A DNA stretch of 64,000 nucleotides from the human T2T-CHM13v2.0 reference genome, Homo sapiens. Shown piece by piece: positions 28,880 to 43,915 of the stretch. Position 1 is the first letter of the stretch. Each line of letters begins with the position of its first letter. Under the pieces are notes generated by a model. It saw only the letters and a program-made list of their open reading frames with translations. It searched no databases and was not told where the DNA came from. Location: assembly GCF_009914755.1 (NCBI RefSeq), contig NC_060931.1; one strand, 5' to 3'. A program made the position numbers and the translations under genes.

Positions 28880-30575
28880 ATATGATTAGACCCAATAATG
28901 CGAAGGACTCTACTTCTAATGGTATAGAGAACACTGATAGTCCTTGGCATGAACTGTTTAGACAGTTATGCAAAATAAATGCATTTGACACTCCTGATTT
29001 ACCGCCCATGTGAGACAAGGGGTTTAGTGACTCTGTACATAATACCTTAGGCTGTATGTGGAGAACTAAGGAATGTAATGAAGTTGGTTGGTTGCTCCTA
29101 AGTTCACTGGACAAAGTGATGAAGGAAAATGATGAATTCAGGGATTCTGACTCCTGGCTACAGAAGCATATACTGAGCCTTAAATCTCCTAAGACTGCCC
29201 TCAGTGAGAGTCTTACCTCCTGTAGAGAAAGAGCTGAAATTGTGGCAAAACAGACACAAGCTCTTATCATGTGGGTGGCTGACCTGTAATGGAAGGTGCA
29301 TGCACAGCCTCACCAGGTGTCTACTGTTAAAGTGAAGGCATTGATTGGAAAAGAATGGGACCCTGCAACTTGGAATGGGGACGTGTGGGAGGACCCTGAT
29401 GAAGCTGGGGACACTGAGCTTGTAAACCCTGATCAATCTTTTTTGCCAGAAGAAACAGCTTCTCCATCCCCAGTATTGGCAACATTCCCTCTCCAACCGA
29501 TGCTGCCATCAGCCTTTCCACCTTTGTCTGAGGAGATAAACCCTGCACTGCCTGAGGCAACAGTGATGGCCTCCCCTGAGGCAGTTGCCAGGCAAGATAA
29601 TGTTGATTCTCCTCAGGAGCCACTGCCAACATCCCTGTTTGCTTCTAGAGCTATAACTAGACTAAAGTCCTGGTGGGCCCCTAGAGGCAAGGTTCAGAGT
29701 GTGACCCATGAGGAGGTGTGCTACACTTGAGAAGAACTGCTTAAATTTTTCAGTTTACATAAGCAGAAATCTGGAGAACAGGCGTGGGAATTGATATTAA
29801 GGGTGTGGGATAATGGTGGAAGGAACATAGAGTTAGATCAAGCTGAATTTATTGATTTGGGCCCACTAAGTAGGGATTCTGCATTTAATGTTACAGCTCA
29901 GGGAGTTAAAAAATGTTCTAATGTAGTTTATTTGCTTGATTAGCTGAAATGTGGATTAAAATATGGCCCACTATGAGCGAGCTGGAAATGCCTAATCTCC
30001 CTTGGTTTAATGTAGAGGAAGGGATCCAAAGGCTTAGGGAGATTGGGATGGTGGAGTGGATTAGTCACTTTAGACCTACTCTTCCCAGCTGGGAGGGTCC
30101 AGAAGATATACTTTTGACCAGTGCTTTGCAAAATAGATTTGTGAGGGCAGCACCTGTATCTTTCAAGAGCCCGATAATTGCTCTTCTCTGTATGTCAGAA
30201 CTAACAGTGGCAACCATAGTCACTCAACTACAAAATTTAAATATGATGGGAATAACTGGATCCTGAGGTGGCAGGGGCCAAGTGGTGGCACTCAGCCGTC
30301 AAAGGCAAGGTAGGCATAGCTACTGTAATGGACAGCAGAGGCAAAGCAACAATCAGAATAGTCTGACTCGTGTAGAGCTCTGCCATTGGCTAATTAATCA
30401 CGGTGTTCCTAGAAGTGAAATTGATAGGAAGCCTACTGCATACCTACTTAATTTATATGAGAAGAAAATTTTCAGATCGAATGGACAAAAGACTAATTTG
30501 AATTATAAAAACAGAATCATGGCTCCTCAATCAATTTCCAGAATTGAGCCAGTTTACAGACCCAGAACCCCTTGA
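28880..30575 (+). pseudogene. gag: HERV-L gag, disrupted
   Basis: ORF fragments 29056-29289, 29296-29730 (KALIGKEWDPATWNGDVWEDP), 29949-30266 (PWFNVEEGIQRLREIGM) and 30282-30575, separated by stops and frameshifts. Confidence 0.85.
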
Positions 30576-30579
30576 ATGA

Positions 30580-33160
30580 AGGGGAGGCCGGGTCCCCTTG
30601 AGGAAGGATCCCATTATACTACCGACAATTTATGCTGTTAATCTTTCTCCCATCCTCCCCCAAGGAGACCTCCAGCCTTTTATCAGGGTAACTGATAATG
30701 TCATTTCAGATAGTCCCTGAAATGCCTCATCATTTCCCTTTCTCCAATGCACGGTTGATCTGAGGTGATGTTGATTCCGGGGGACCCAATGTGGTCTTCC
30801 AGTTAAAATAGGGCCTTATGGAGGTCAGGTAATTAATGGAGTTTTAGCTCAAGTCTGACTTACAGTGTGTCCAGTGGGTCCCCAGACTCATCCTGTGGTC
30901 ATTTCCCCAGGGCCAGAATGCATAATTGGCATAGACACACTTAGTAGCTGGCAGAACCCCCACATTGGCTCCCTGACAGTAGGGTGAGGGCTATTATGGT
31001 GGGAAATGGAAGCTATTAGAGATGCCTCTACCTAGAAAAATAGTAAATCAAAAACAGTATCACATCCCTGGAAGGATTGCAGGGAGTAGTGCCACCATTA
31101 AGGACTTGAAAGATGCAGGGGTGGTGATTCCCACCACATCCCCACTCAGCTCTCCTGTTTGGCCTATGCAGAAGGCAGATGGATCTTGGAGAATGACAGT
31201 GGATTATTGTAAGCTTAACCAAGTGGTGACTGCAATTGCAGCTGCTATACCAGATGTGGTTTCATTGCTTGAGCAAATTAATACATCTCCTGATACCTGG
31301 TATGCAGCCATTGACTTGGCAAATGCCCTTTTCTCCATTCCTGTCCATAAGGTCCACCAGAAGCAATTTGCTTTCAGCTTCCTGTTCTACCTCAGGGGTA
31401 TATCAACTCTCTGGCTTTGTGTCATAATGTTATTTGGAGAGAACTTGATTGCTTTTCACTTCCACGAGATACCACACTGGTCCATTACATTGATGACATT
31501 ATGCTGATTGGATCCAGTGTGCAAGAAGTAGAAAACAAACTGGACTTACTGGTGAGACATTTGCATGCCAGAGAATGGAAAAAAATCTGACTAAAATTCA
31601 GGAACCTTCCACCTCAGTAAAATTTCTAGGCGTCCAGTGGTGTGGGGCCTGTTGAGATATTCCTTCTAAGGTGAAGGATAAATTGCTGCATTTGGCTCCT
31701 CCTACAACCAAGGAAGAGGTACAACACATGGTGGGCCTGTTTGGATTTTGGAGGCAGCACATTCCTCATTTGGGTGTTTTACACCAGCCCATTTATCGAG
31801 TGATCCGAAAGGCTGCCAGTTTGAGTGGGGTCCAGAACAGGAGAAGGCTCTGCAACAGGTCCAGGCTGCTGTGTAAGCTGCTTTGCCACTTGGGCCATAT
31901 GACCCAGCAGATCCAATTGTGCTTAATGTATCGGTGGCAGATAGGGATGCTATTTGGAGCCTTTGGCAGGCCCCCATAAGTGAATCACAGTGGAGGCCTC
32001 TAAGATTTTGGAGCAAGGCCATGCCATCTTTTGCAGATAACTACTCTCCTTTTGAGAGACAGCTCTTGGCCTGTTACTGGGCTTTGGTGGAAACTGAACG
32101 TTTGACTATGGATCATCAAGTCACCATATGACCTGAACTGCCTATCATGAACTGGGTGCTTTCTGACCCATCTAGCCATAAAGTGGGTCATGCACAGCAG
32201 CATTCCATCATCAAATGGAAGTGGTATATATGTGATCGGGCTTGAGCAGGTGAAGGCACAAGTTACATGAGGAAGTGGCTCAAATGCCCATGGTCTCCAC
32301 TCCTGCCACCCTGCCTTCTCTTCCCCAGACTGCACCAATGGCCTTTTGGGGAGTTCCCTATGATCAGTTGACGTAGGAAGAGAAGACTAGGGTCTGGTTC
32401 ACAGATGGTTCTGCATGATATGCAGGCACCACCTGAAAGTGGACAGCTGCAGTACTACAGCCTCTTCTTAGGACATCCCTGAAGGACAGTGGTGAAGGGA
32501 AATCTTCCCAATGGGCAGAACTTTGAGCATTGCACCTGGTTGTGCACTTTGCATGGAAGGAGAGATGGCCAAATGTATGATTATGTACTGATTCATGGGC
32601 TGTAGCCAGTGGTTTGGCTGGATGGTCAGGGACTTGGAAGAAGCATGATTGGAAAATTGGTGACAAAGAAAATTGGGGAAGAGATATGTGGATGGACCTG
32701 TCTGGTCAAAAACTGTGAAGATATTTGTATCCCATGTGAGTGCTCACTAACGGGTGACCTCAGCAATGCTTCTGCCAAGACTATCATCCATGGACTCATG
32801 GAATACCTTATCCACCATCATGGTATTCCACACAGCATTGCCTCTGACCAAGGCACTCACTTTACAGCTAAAGAAGTGCAGCAGTGAGCTCATGCTCATG
32901 GAATTCACTGGTCTTACCATGTTCCCCATCATCCTGAAGTAGCTGGATTGATAGAATAATGGAATGGCCTTTTGAAGGCATAATTACAACGCCAATTAGG
33001 TGACAACACTTTACAGGGCTGACGCAAAGTTCTCCAGAAGGCCGTGTATGCTCTGAATCAGTGTCCAATATATGGTACTGTTTCTCCCATAGCCAGGATT
33101 CACAGGTCCAGGAATCAAGGGGTGGAAGTGGAAATGGCACCATTCACCCTCACCCCTAGT
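30580..33160 (+). pseudogene. pol: HERV-L protease/pol (RT, RNase H, partial integrase), disrupted
   Basis: RT motifs [36 protein letters not shown] (~31388) and HYIDDI (~31483); RNase H WFTDGS (~32395); integrase GIPHSIASDQGTHF (~32822). Confidence 0.9.
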
Positions 33161-33169
33161 GACCCACTA

Positions 33170-33600
33170 GCAAAATTTTGCTTCCTTTTCCTGTGACATT
33201 ACGTTCTGCTGGCCTAGAGCTGTTAGTTCCAGATAGAGATGTTAGTTCCAGAGGGAGAAATGCTGCCAGGAGACACAACAACGATTCCATTAAACTGGAA
33301 GTTAAGATTGCCAGCTGTACCCTTTGGGCACCTCCCACCTTTAAGTCAACAGTCTAAGGAGGGAGATACAGTGTTGGCTGGGGTGATTGACCTGGACTAT
33401 CAAGATGAAATCAGCCTAATACTTCACAACAGAGATAAGGAAGAGTATGCATGGAATAGAGGAGATCCATAGGGTGTCTGTTAGTATTACCCTGCCCTGT
33501 GGTTCAGGTCAGCGGGAAACTACAACAGCCCACTCCAGGCAGGACTACAAATGGCCAAGACCCTTCAATAATGAAAGTTTGGGTCACTCCATCTGGAAAA
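33170..33600 (+). pseudogene. HERV-L dUTPase-like region, disrupted
   Basis: ORF 33239-33472 (PGDTTTIPLNWKLRLP...VLAGVIDLDYQDEI), a dUTPase-type motif downstream of integrase as expected for ERV-L. Confidence 0.8.
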
Positions 33601-34029
33601 AAACCCATGACCTGTTGAGGTGTGTGCTGAAGGCAAAGGGAATACAGAATGGGTAGGATAAAAAGGTAGTCATCAATACCAGCTACAACCACATGACCAG
33701 TTGCAGAAATGAGGACTGTAATTCTCAATGAGTATTTCTTCCTCTTTTTGTTAAAAACATGCTTGTTCATGTATACACTGTGTTAAGAAAATGCCTTCAT
33801 TTTCCTTTTTACTTTATCATGAGACATAAGATTTATTGGCTTCATATCAACCCTTAAGTATTGTTAACTTTATGTAATAGCATTTGGGTTGGGGATTGGT
33901 GTGTTTTCGGTTGTACATAGCATAGTTGAATTATGTTAGGCATAATTATGACCTTATTATTGTCTTTATTTGAAAATTATATATGATCTCAGGAAATGTG
34001 TATGAGTTCAAGTTGACAAGGAGTGGATT

Positions 34030-34558
34030 TGGGATGGTTGATACTGAGTGTCAACTTGATTGGATTGAAGCATGCAGAGTAATAATCCTGGGTGTGTCTG
34101 TGAGCATGTTTCCAAAGGAGAATAACATTTGAGTCAGTGGGCTGGGAAAGGCAGACCCACCCTTAATCTGGGTGAACACCCTCTAATCAACTGTTTGCTT
34201 GGCCAGGATATAAAGCAGGCAGGAAAACGTGAAAAGGCTAGACAGGCTTAGCCTCCCAGCCTACATCTTTCTCCCGTGCTGGATGCTTCCTGTCCTCAAA
34301 CATCAGACTTCAAGTTCTTCAGCTTTGGGACTTGAACTGGCTTCCTTGCTCCTCAGTTTGTAGATGGCTTATTGTGGGACCTTTGTGTGAGTTTAATACT
34401 CCTTAATAAACTCTCTTTATATATGATTGTGTGATTTAATGCTCCTTAATAAACTTTTTTTATATACGATTGTGTGATTTAATACTCCTTAATAAACTCT
34501 TTATATATATATATCTATTCCATTAGTTTTGTCCCTCTAGAGAACCCTGACTAATACA
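34030..34558 (+). mobile_element. 3' LTR (MLT2A1-type)
   Basis: Homologous to the 5' LTR; ends gaaccctgactaataca; preceded by purine-rich acaaggagtgga. Confidence 0.92.
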
Positions 34559-34759
34559 CCATCCAAACCTATTTTCTTCTGTTGGCCCTATTTTTAACTC
34601 TTGGGACCTCCATTCTGTGGTAAAATGCCCCATTCAGAGTACCAGCTTGAAGCCAAACTGGTACATGTTCAGATATGTGTGTACATGTGTGCACATCTAG
34701 AGTTGCTTTTTTGAGGATAATTTGGCTTTAACTGTAGGAATCTTTATAGTCAACTTGAC

Positions 34760-35270
<511 letters not shown>

Positions 35271-35351
35271 TCTCTTGCTGCTATATGAATAGTATTAAGA
35301 TTCCAGTAGTCTTTTCACTATGTTCCTTCTCATTTGTGGTGTATCCATGTT

Positions 35352-35885
35352 TTCATTCATTTATTCAACAATATTTATAGTGGGCCTACCGTATGTCAGT
35401 GACTTTGCTGGGCATTAGGAATGTATGGTGAATATGATGGATACAGCCTGTGCCCTCATAGAACTGACAGTCCAGTTGTAGAGACAGACATTACATATAC
35501 GACAACCTAAATAAGTGTAAAACTACAATGTTCATAAGTGGTATGAGAGCAGCTGACCAAATGTGGAAGATTGAGTAAGGCTTCCATAAGTACATAATGT
35601 ATTTGTGTCGGAAATGGAAACGTGAATGAGTTAACTGGATGGAGAAGGGAGAGGTGAGTTTGAGACTGAGGGAACAGCAATGTTTAATGGCTGTTTGGTG
35701 GGAGGGAACATAGCACATTTGGTGAGTGGGAAAAGGCCCTTCCACTGATGTGCAGAGAGCCAGGATGGAGCATGGAACATGATGAGGCTCGGGAGTTAGG
35801 CAGACCCTGGTCATGCTAGACCTTGTAGGCACTGGCTGTGTCTTCATCTTAAGAGCCATGGAAGCCAATGTTGAACATTAAGCTG
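35352..35885 (-). mobile_element. L2 3' region
   Basis: 'ttcattcatttattcaacaatatttatagtgggcctaccgtatgtcag...gccctcatagaactgacagtccag...ggaagccaatg'. Confidence 0.75.
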
Positions 35886-36737
35886 AAGATGGGAATGAGC
35901 TGGACAATTATGGGTTTGAAATGATGTTTCGTTTTCATCCTTTGAGAGGACTTTGTTCTCTCAGACAGATGCTCTCCATTCTGTCACACACGTGGTACTT
36001 GGCTTCTGTGATTAGGGTGCCAGTCTCTTGCAGTCATTCTGCCACTTCAGGCTATTTCTTTGCTACCTCATTGATAAGGCTGCCATCTTCTGAGCTTGCA
36101 TTTGCCCATTGTTATCCTCTACTCACTCTGGATTGTTCCCCAGACTTCATAGAGCCCTTTGACTTGATTTCTTTCCCTTCCTAGATCCTATAGTTAGCCT
36201 GGACAACTCTAAAATTCAGGATGCCCTGGTGAACACGCTAACCTCAGTCTCCAAAGACTTTGTCAGTGGAGCCAGCCATTCTCTTTTCTACCCCAGTCAT
36301 TCTCTGCTGTGGTCTTGCTCCAGATTATATAATCACACAGAGCAGTGCTACCTTGAAAAACGTAAATTTTAAACCCAGAAATCCTACCCTCTCGTGTCAA
36401 GTTGTCCCTCTTTCCTGCCACTATTCCCACTCGTTCACTGAATTCATTGACAGCTGTTTGCTCAGTCTCTCATCACTGTCTGACTTCTCTCACCCAGTCT
36501 GGAGCCTATGGTCAATAGTTGCAGTGTTCTAAGATCAGGTCTCTATTATTTAGGACCCTGCCACTTTTCAACTCTGGATAAACTCGACTTTTCCCTTTTT
36601 CTGCCCTTGCTCCTACACTATTAAGCATTCCTGGAAAAAATCACAACTGTCATATGGGCACGATAATGTATCTTTGCTTTCCAGTTATGTGAGCTGTCAG
36701 CTCTCTTCTGTGGTCTTTTCTCATCACTTTTGTCTTA

Positions 36738-36913
36738 ACTGGGTGAATTTCAACCTTGGCTGTACTTTGGAATCACCTGGGGTGCTCTAAAAAATACCAA
36801 TGTCTGCGATTTACTCCTAGAGATTTTGATGTAATTGGCCTGAAGAACACCTGGCAGGGACGTTTTAGACACTCCCCAGGTGATTCTAACATGCAGCTAA
36901 GATGGAGAACCAC
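36738..36913. mobile_element. MER5A-type hAT MITE
   Basis: 'caaccttggctgtactttggaatcacctgggg ... ccccaggtgattctaacatgcagctaagatggagaaccac', with internal inverted symmetry. Confidence 0.8.
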
Positions 36914-37528
36914 GTGCTAATGTGCCCACAGAGACTGATGGACATGTTTGCTGCTTCTTGCACTCTCTGCTAGTCCTCATTTTAAGCAATTGATCTTGTC
37001 TCATCCAGTTCTCGTCCTTTTTCTACCTTTAAACTTACCTCTGATTGCATTCATACTTGCCTAGTTCATTCTTAATCTAGAGAAAAACAATTGCCTACAT
37101 CCTCACGTATAAGCCCTTCAAAAGGTACACTAGGTGTCTGTCTCACCCTCTCTGCTCCTGATCTGAGCCAGATGAGCTTAGTGGCTAGGTTTAAATAATA
37201 GGCATGTACTAATAAGCATGCATTTCTCTTAAAAACAAAACAAAACAAAAACCTGGGGGAAAAAAAACCCTCAAAATCTGCCAAACCTAAATCTAAGCAA
37301 TATTAAGCAGAAAGATGACAATTTTCAAAGCAAATAATATTTGATGAAATATACTGAGATATGTGGTATTTAATAGATGGTTGGGGCTGGATAGGGGCAG
37401 TAGTCGGAGTGGAAGCAGTGGCGGGAATGGTGGTGGGGCTTTGTATATTACACTAAAGTTGTTGAACTTTGAGTTTTAAATGTGTTGAAAGTTCCTCCTG
37501 GGGGAAAGGAGTAAAATGATCAAGTATG

Positions 37529-37833
37529 TTTTTTGTTTGTTTGTTTGTTTGACATGGTGTCTTGCTCTGTCACCAGGCTGGAGTGCAGTGGCACCAATCT
37601 CGGCTCATTGCAACCTCCGCCTCCCGGGTTCCAGCAATTCTCCTGCCTCAGCCTCCTGAGTAGCTAGGACTACAAGTGCGTGCCACCACGCCCAGCTAAT
37701 TTTTGTATTTTCAGTAGAGAGGGGGGGGTTCCACCATGTTGGCCAGGATGGTTTTGATCTCTTGACCTCGTGATCCACCTGCCTAGGCCTCCCAAAGTGC
37801 TGGGATTACAGCCGTCAGCCACTGCACCCGGCC
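37529..37833 (-). mobile_element. AluSc-like
   Basis: (TTTG)n tail, 'ggccaggatgg...gatctcttgacctcgtgatcc'; TSD tcaagtatgt / tcaaatatgt. Confidence 0.9.
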
Positions 37834-38359
37834 TCAAATATGTGTTTTAAGGATGGAACTATTGTAGTAGTGCAGGGCATGGTCTGTAAAGGAAACAGGT
37901 TAGAGGACATTTGGAAGCAGTGTTCAGCGGTTTAAGCAAGAAATGATGATGTCCTGGACTAAAGTGATAGCAGTGAGGAAGAAAAAGGAAAAGGAAAAGG
38001 AAAAGCAAACAAACAACCCCCCCCCCAAAAAAAAACACTTCTAGAGGTATTGTTAAAACTAGAATCAATAAGATTGGCTCATTTTGCATTCTGGAGAATT
38101 ATGCCAAAGACTCATAGGCATTTAAGTTAATTCGCTTATGGTAATTAACCCAAAAGACTGCTAAATTGCCTATTTGTTTATAAGCTGCCGCAATAAAAGA
38201 GAGTTTTCAGAAAAATTTTTTTTAAAGAATAGAAATCTCTTCTATGGAGTGTAACGCTAGAGCAAATTTGAAATAAGCTGTTTGATCAGTGACTCAGAAT
38301 CTTTATAATGATCCATTAAAATGTGTAAAAGAAGCCTTAAGTATAAAAATACCATAATC

Positions 38360-38555
38360 AGGAGAAGTGTAGTAGCTAAGGGCTTGGACTGTGGACACAG
38401 ACTGGCTTTGAAGTTTATTTCCTGCCTTAACTGACCTGATGACCTTGAGCAAATTGTTTAACAGTGCTATGATTCATTTTCCTTATCTGTACAATGGAGA
38501 CAGTAAGAGGGTCCACCTTAGAGGATTGTGAAAAATATCTGAGATAAATATTAAT
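38360..38555 (+). mobile_element. MIR
   Basis: 'gaccttgagcaaattgtttaac...cattttccttatctgtacaatggagacagtaa'. Confidence 0.7.
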
Positions 38556-41500
38556 GACCATTATTTTGTTTTATATAGTCAATTTTAGATAGATATTCTT
38601 ACATCTTCTGCTTGGATTACTTGCTCTAGCCATTGAGATTCACTAAATTATTCTTGTTATTTAGTAAGCAAATGCAATGAGTAATTCCTGTTCCTTTTAA
38701 GAAAATATTCATTGGCTGAATATTAGCCAACTGATATGTTTTTGTTAAACGTAAAAGAGTAGATCCTCCCATGAAGTTCCAGTTGAGTGTTTTTTCTTGA
38801 AATTTACTAATTGTCCTTAACTTCTATAATCAATAAATTCTGTGAAGTGAAAGAAGTAGGGAGAACAGTAAGGTGAAAAGGCAAACATTTTCTAATGAGT
38901 TGCTATTAGTCTTCTAACCTGGGATAAATAATAAAGTTTCTAATAGATGTGTATAACATCATAGCCATTTGGGGTGTTTTAAAAATTTCCATGTTAACTT
39001 TAAACCTTAATCTTTGTTGTATTTATGACAGAAAAAAATTAAAAATGACTTAAATCAGTGTGCCTAAGACTTTAACATTGCAGTTTAAATTTATAGACTT
39101 CAACATAACCACCAGTTTTTGGTGATCCAACATTCAGTCTGATTTTCCACCTCATTGAAAACATTCTACAGCTGCTGCCGAGTGATTTCATAAATTGCAT
39201 TCATGATCCTGGCTGGAAGTTCTCTTAAAGAATGTGGTCTGGATGAATACACAACAGTTTTAACACAGTCCCATAAAATATAGTTCAGTGGGATAGGTCA
39301 AGTTTAAAGTTGCACAAGGATTTCATAAACACCCTGAGTAGATGGGCACTAAAACTTTGAATGTGTTATATGGAAAAACCTTATAAAGGGTGGCAGTGTT
39401 CCAAAGGTAGATTAAGTTGGTCATCTATGAAACAATTCCTACTACTGATGGTTCTTAATAGTACCACCTGCTAGTTGTTTCATATTAAATTGTGTGAAAC
39501 AACACATTCTGGAAACTGATGAACTACTTATTTATTTAATAAACCCGTCAATGAAAGAAACCTCTGTCATAAGTAATGGAGTTATTTATTAGGCCCAAAA
39601 AGTCTTAAGCCAGAAATGTCAGGCATTTTTGTGGACAAAGAGTGTTGTAATCTCGTATTGTTTTTTCAAACAGCAGCAAGTAGCACACGATACCCAGTTG
39701 GTATGTTTGTCCTTTATTTGGATGGAAACTCCAGAATCTCTGGGTAGTCAGCTGAATGCCAATTTAAACCTCAGAAAGACATCAGTGGTCTTGGTGTATA
39801 GTTTCAAAGATACCACTAGGCTTTAAGTATGCCCTGAAGCCTGACATTTTGGGTGCTTCACTGATGCATTTCCTTTGCTGATCTTATTTATTGGTTTAGT
39901 GAGAATATCTTCAATGACATGACAGTTGCTATCTTAGAAAGCAAGGCCAAACAATCTAAACTTCATATTCCTGATTGAAGGAATTCCTCCTGCAATTCCG
40001 TACATTATAATTGTGGTCCCTTGTTAGAATAGATGTTGCTCATGTTTTGAATTAATATGATGACATGAAATGAGTGATACACAGAAAACATTAGCAATAT
40101 ATGGTAGTTATGACTTTGCCATCTAGTATGTCACCAGACATTGTACAGAATTATCCCAGGCCAGTTTTTAATACTAGCCAGTCATGTCAATTGAAGTTAG
40201 ATATTCTCCCAAAATATTATTTTCAGCTCTGTCACTAAACTTTTCTTTATTTATAATAATATATGACTTTTTATAGTTGTGCGTTGTATGGGTCTAAAAT
40301 AGTCCATTTGTATTAGTAGCTTTGAGCTATCTTGAATCTAGATAGCATACACCAAGACAGATTTCCCACATATTTTTAAAATTGATTATAGACTTCTGTC
40401 ACACATAATATGAACATCTCTCTTTAGAGAAGAAAATATGAGTGTAATTTCAGGTTCTTTCAGATAATCATGAGATTTTAATTTCCTTGGATTTTCAAAG
40501 GAATGTAATCTCTTTTCATTTTTTTGTTATAAATAGTTAAGGATTAACAGTGTGTGCTTTAATTACAAGGTATGTATAAGGTTATTCTCCCCCCCGCAAC
40601 CAACCCTTTTTTTAAACTTTTGATGTTTTTGATCAATGTCATTATTATCAAAGTTCTTTCAGAGTTACTGCAGGGCTATAGGCTTAAGTTCTTTTTGAGA
40701 TATTGTTCCTAGTTTTGTAATCGTAGGAGACTTTGTTAGCTCATGACATCTCAGAGCTTTGAGCCCCCTGTGGTATGATTTTGGGTGTGCCAGGTCAAAT
40801 TAGACTGTTATATTTACCCTAGTGTGGACGTGAATCTTCTCTTAGTTCCCAGAAATTCTTTGGTTCCTGTGCCTTGGTGTTGTAGCTAACCTTTATTTAT
40901 TATTAAGATTTTTAAATTTTAATTAAGGTCTTTAGGTTTGAAACCTTAAGAATTTCATGATAATAAGAAGCTTAATACTTTTGAAATTATCTTTTCTATT
41001 TAATTAAGCTGTATTTTGGTGCTTTTACTTTCAGAGCTAAACCTCTCTCCCTATTCAGTGTTCACCCAAGTAAATTTGAAAGATGTTATTCTTCATTATA
41101 TTCAAAAGTATATAAATTTTACTGTACATTTGAAGTTTCATCATAAATACTCAAGATCACAAGGAATTTTGTTAAAATAAAGCCCTTCGCCATATCATGC
41201 TGAAACTAAATGCCTATCCTCAAAGGCTTTTTTGATCTCTCTTGTTTTCCATTCTTCCCTTAAAATAGTTACCTATCATTTCCATTAATTTGCATTAACC
41301 ACCTTATCATATCTTGTGGTCTTTAAAGGAAAATGATATGCTAGCTAACTTTATTTTTTTCATACATAAAACAATGTGTTTAACCCCAAGTGTATTAACA
41401 ATGCTTTGCAATTTCCTGCAATGCTCAGGAAATATCTAAGACTACTATACCAAAAAGCAGATTGAATTTGAATTCTATTTTTACATAGTAAATATAAAAT

Positions 41501-41947
41501 TGTATTTTATAGTCCTAAAATTATATTTAATAAATATAGTGTGAACAGGGTATTATTTTAGTAGTTTCTGTCATGAAATACTTATGCCTCACAAAACCAA
41601 TAGTGTAAAAAAAATTTCAAGAACACATCAAATAAGTTACAGTTTAATAAACAATGATTTGTCCATGAAGAGTGATTATGCCTTAAATTAATATTGTTGC
41701 AAGGTCAAAAAGTTGACATTGGTAACACACCACTCTTGAGGATACAGACATTTTGGCAAAAAAATAACCCATTACGGGATCAAATTAGAAGGAAAGTTAG
41801 TAATAATTTAAAGGTAATTCTAAAGGTACAATATGTGCAGATACACACATACTCTAAAGACTTCTGCAGACTTTTAATCCAAGCTTAATTTTAATGTGTT
41901 GTAGACATTTCTTGGAAAACCACTGGGGTAAATCCCACATCCTCACC

Positions 41948-43633
<1,686 letters not shown>

Positions 43634-43714
43634 CTTTTGGAGAGAAAGGAGTTAAGCTTACAAATTATATATAATTTCTGTATATTAATTGAGGGGAAAA
43701 CCCCATTGTCTACT

Positions 43715-43915
43715 AAGTCAGTCCCTTGGAGCTGAATCTCAGCTCTGCCACTTGCCAGCTGAAACTTTGGTGAGTTAATTAACCTCTCTGGGCTTCAGTT
43801 TTCTCAGCCGTGAAACAAGGATGATGACATGGACTCAGTAGGGCTGTTGTGACGTTTAGATCTAATAACTTATGTAAACTAAAATACCAGCCCAGTGGGT
43901 GCTCAGTCAATAGAA
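43715..43915 (+). mobile_element. MIR
   Basis: 'tgaatctcagctctgccacttgccagctg...aacctctctgggcttcagttttctc...gggctgttgtg'. Confidence 0.75.

Larger units (their letters stand above)
28292..34558 (+). mobile_element. HERV-L (ERV-L) provirus, near full length, defective
   Basis: Two homologous LTRs, perfect TSD ccatc (28287-28291 / 34559-34563), PBS after the 5' LTR, purine tract before the 3' LTR, decayed gag-pro-pol-dUTPase, no env. Confidence 0.95.

Noticed and set aside
28812-29632. Minus-strand ORFs of 152, 112 and 101 aa
   Set aside because: Antisense shadows of HERV-L gag; no independent coding evidence.
31022-31507. 161-aa RT ORF as a functional protein
   Set aside because: A deletion at ~31378 shifts the frame before LPQG/YIDD, and the rest of pol has many stops.
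34384-34512. Repeat array resembling CRISPR
   Set aside because: Eukaryotic LTR tandem duplication with no unique spacers and no cas genes.
41035-41069. 35-nt plus-strand micro-exon candidate (ttttactttcag|...caa|gtaaat)
   Set aside because: Weak donor, frame-shifting length and no recognisable peptide; expected by chance in 64 kb.
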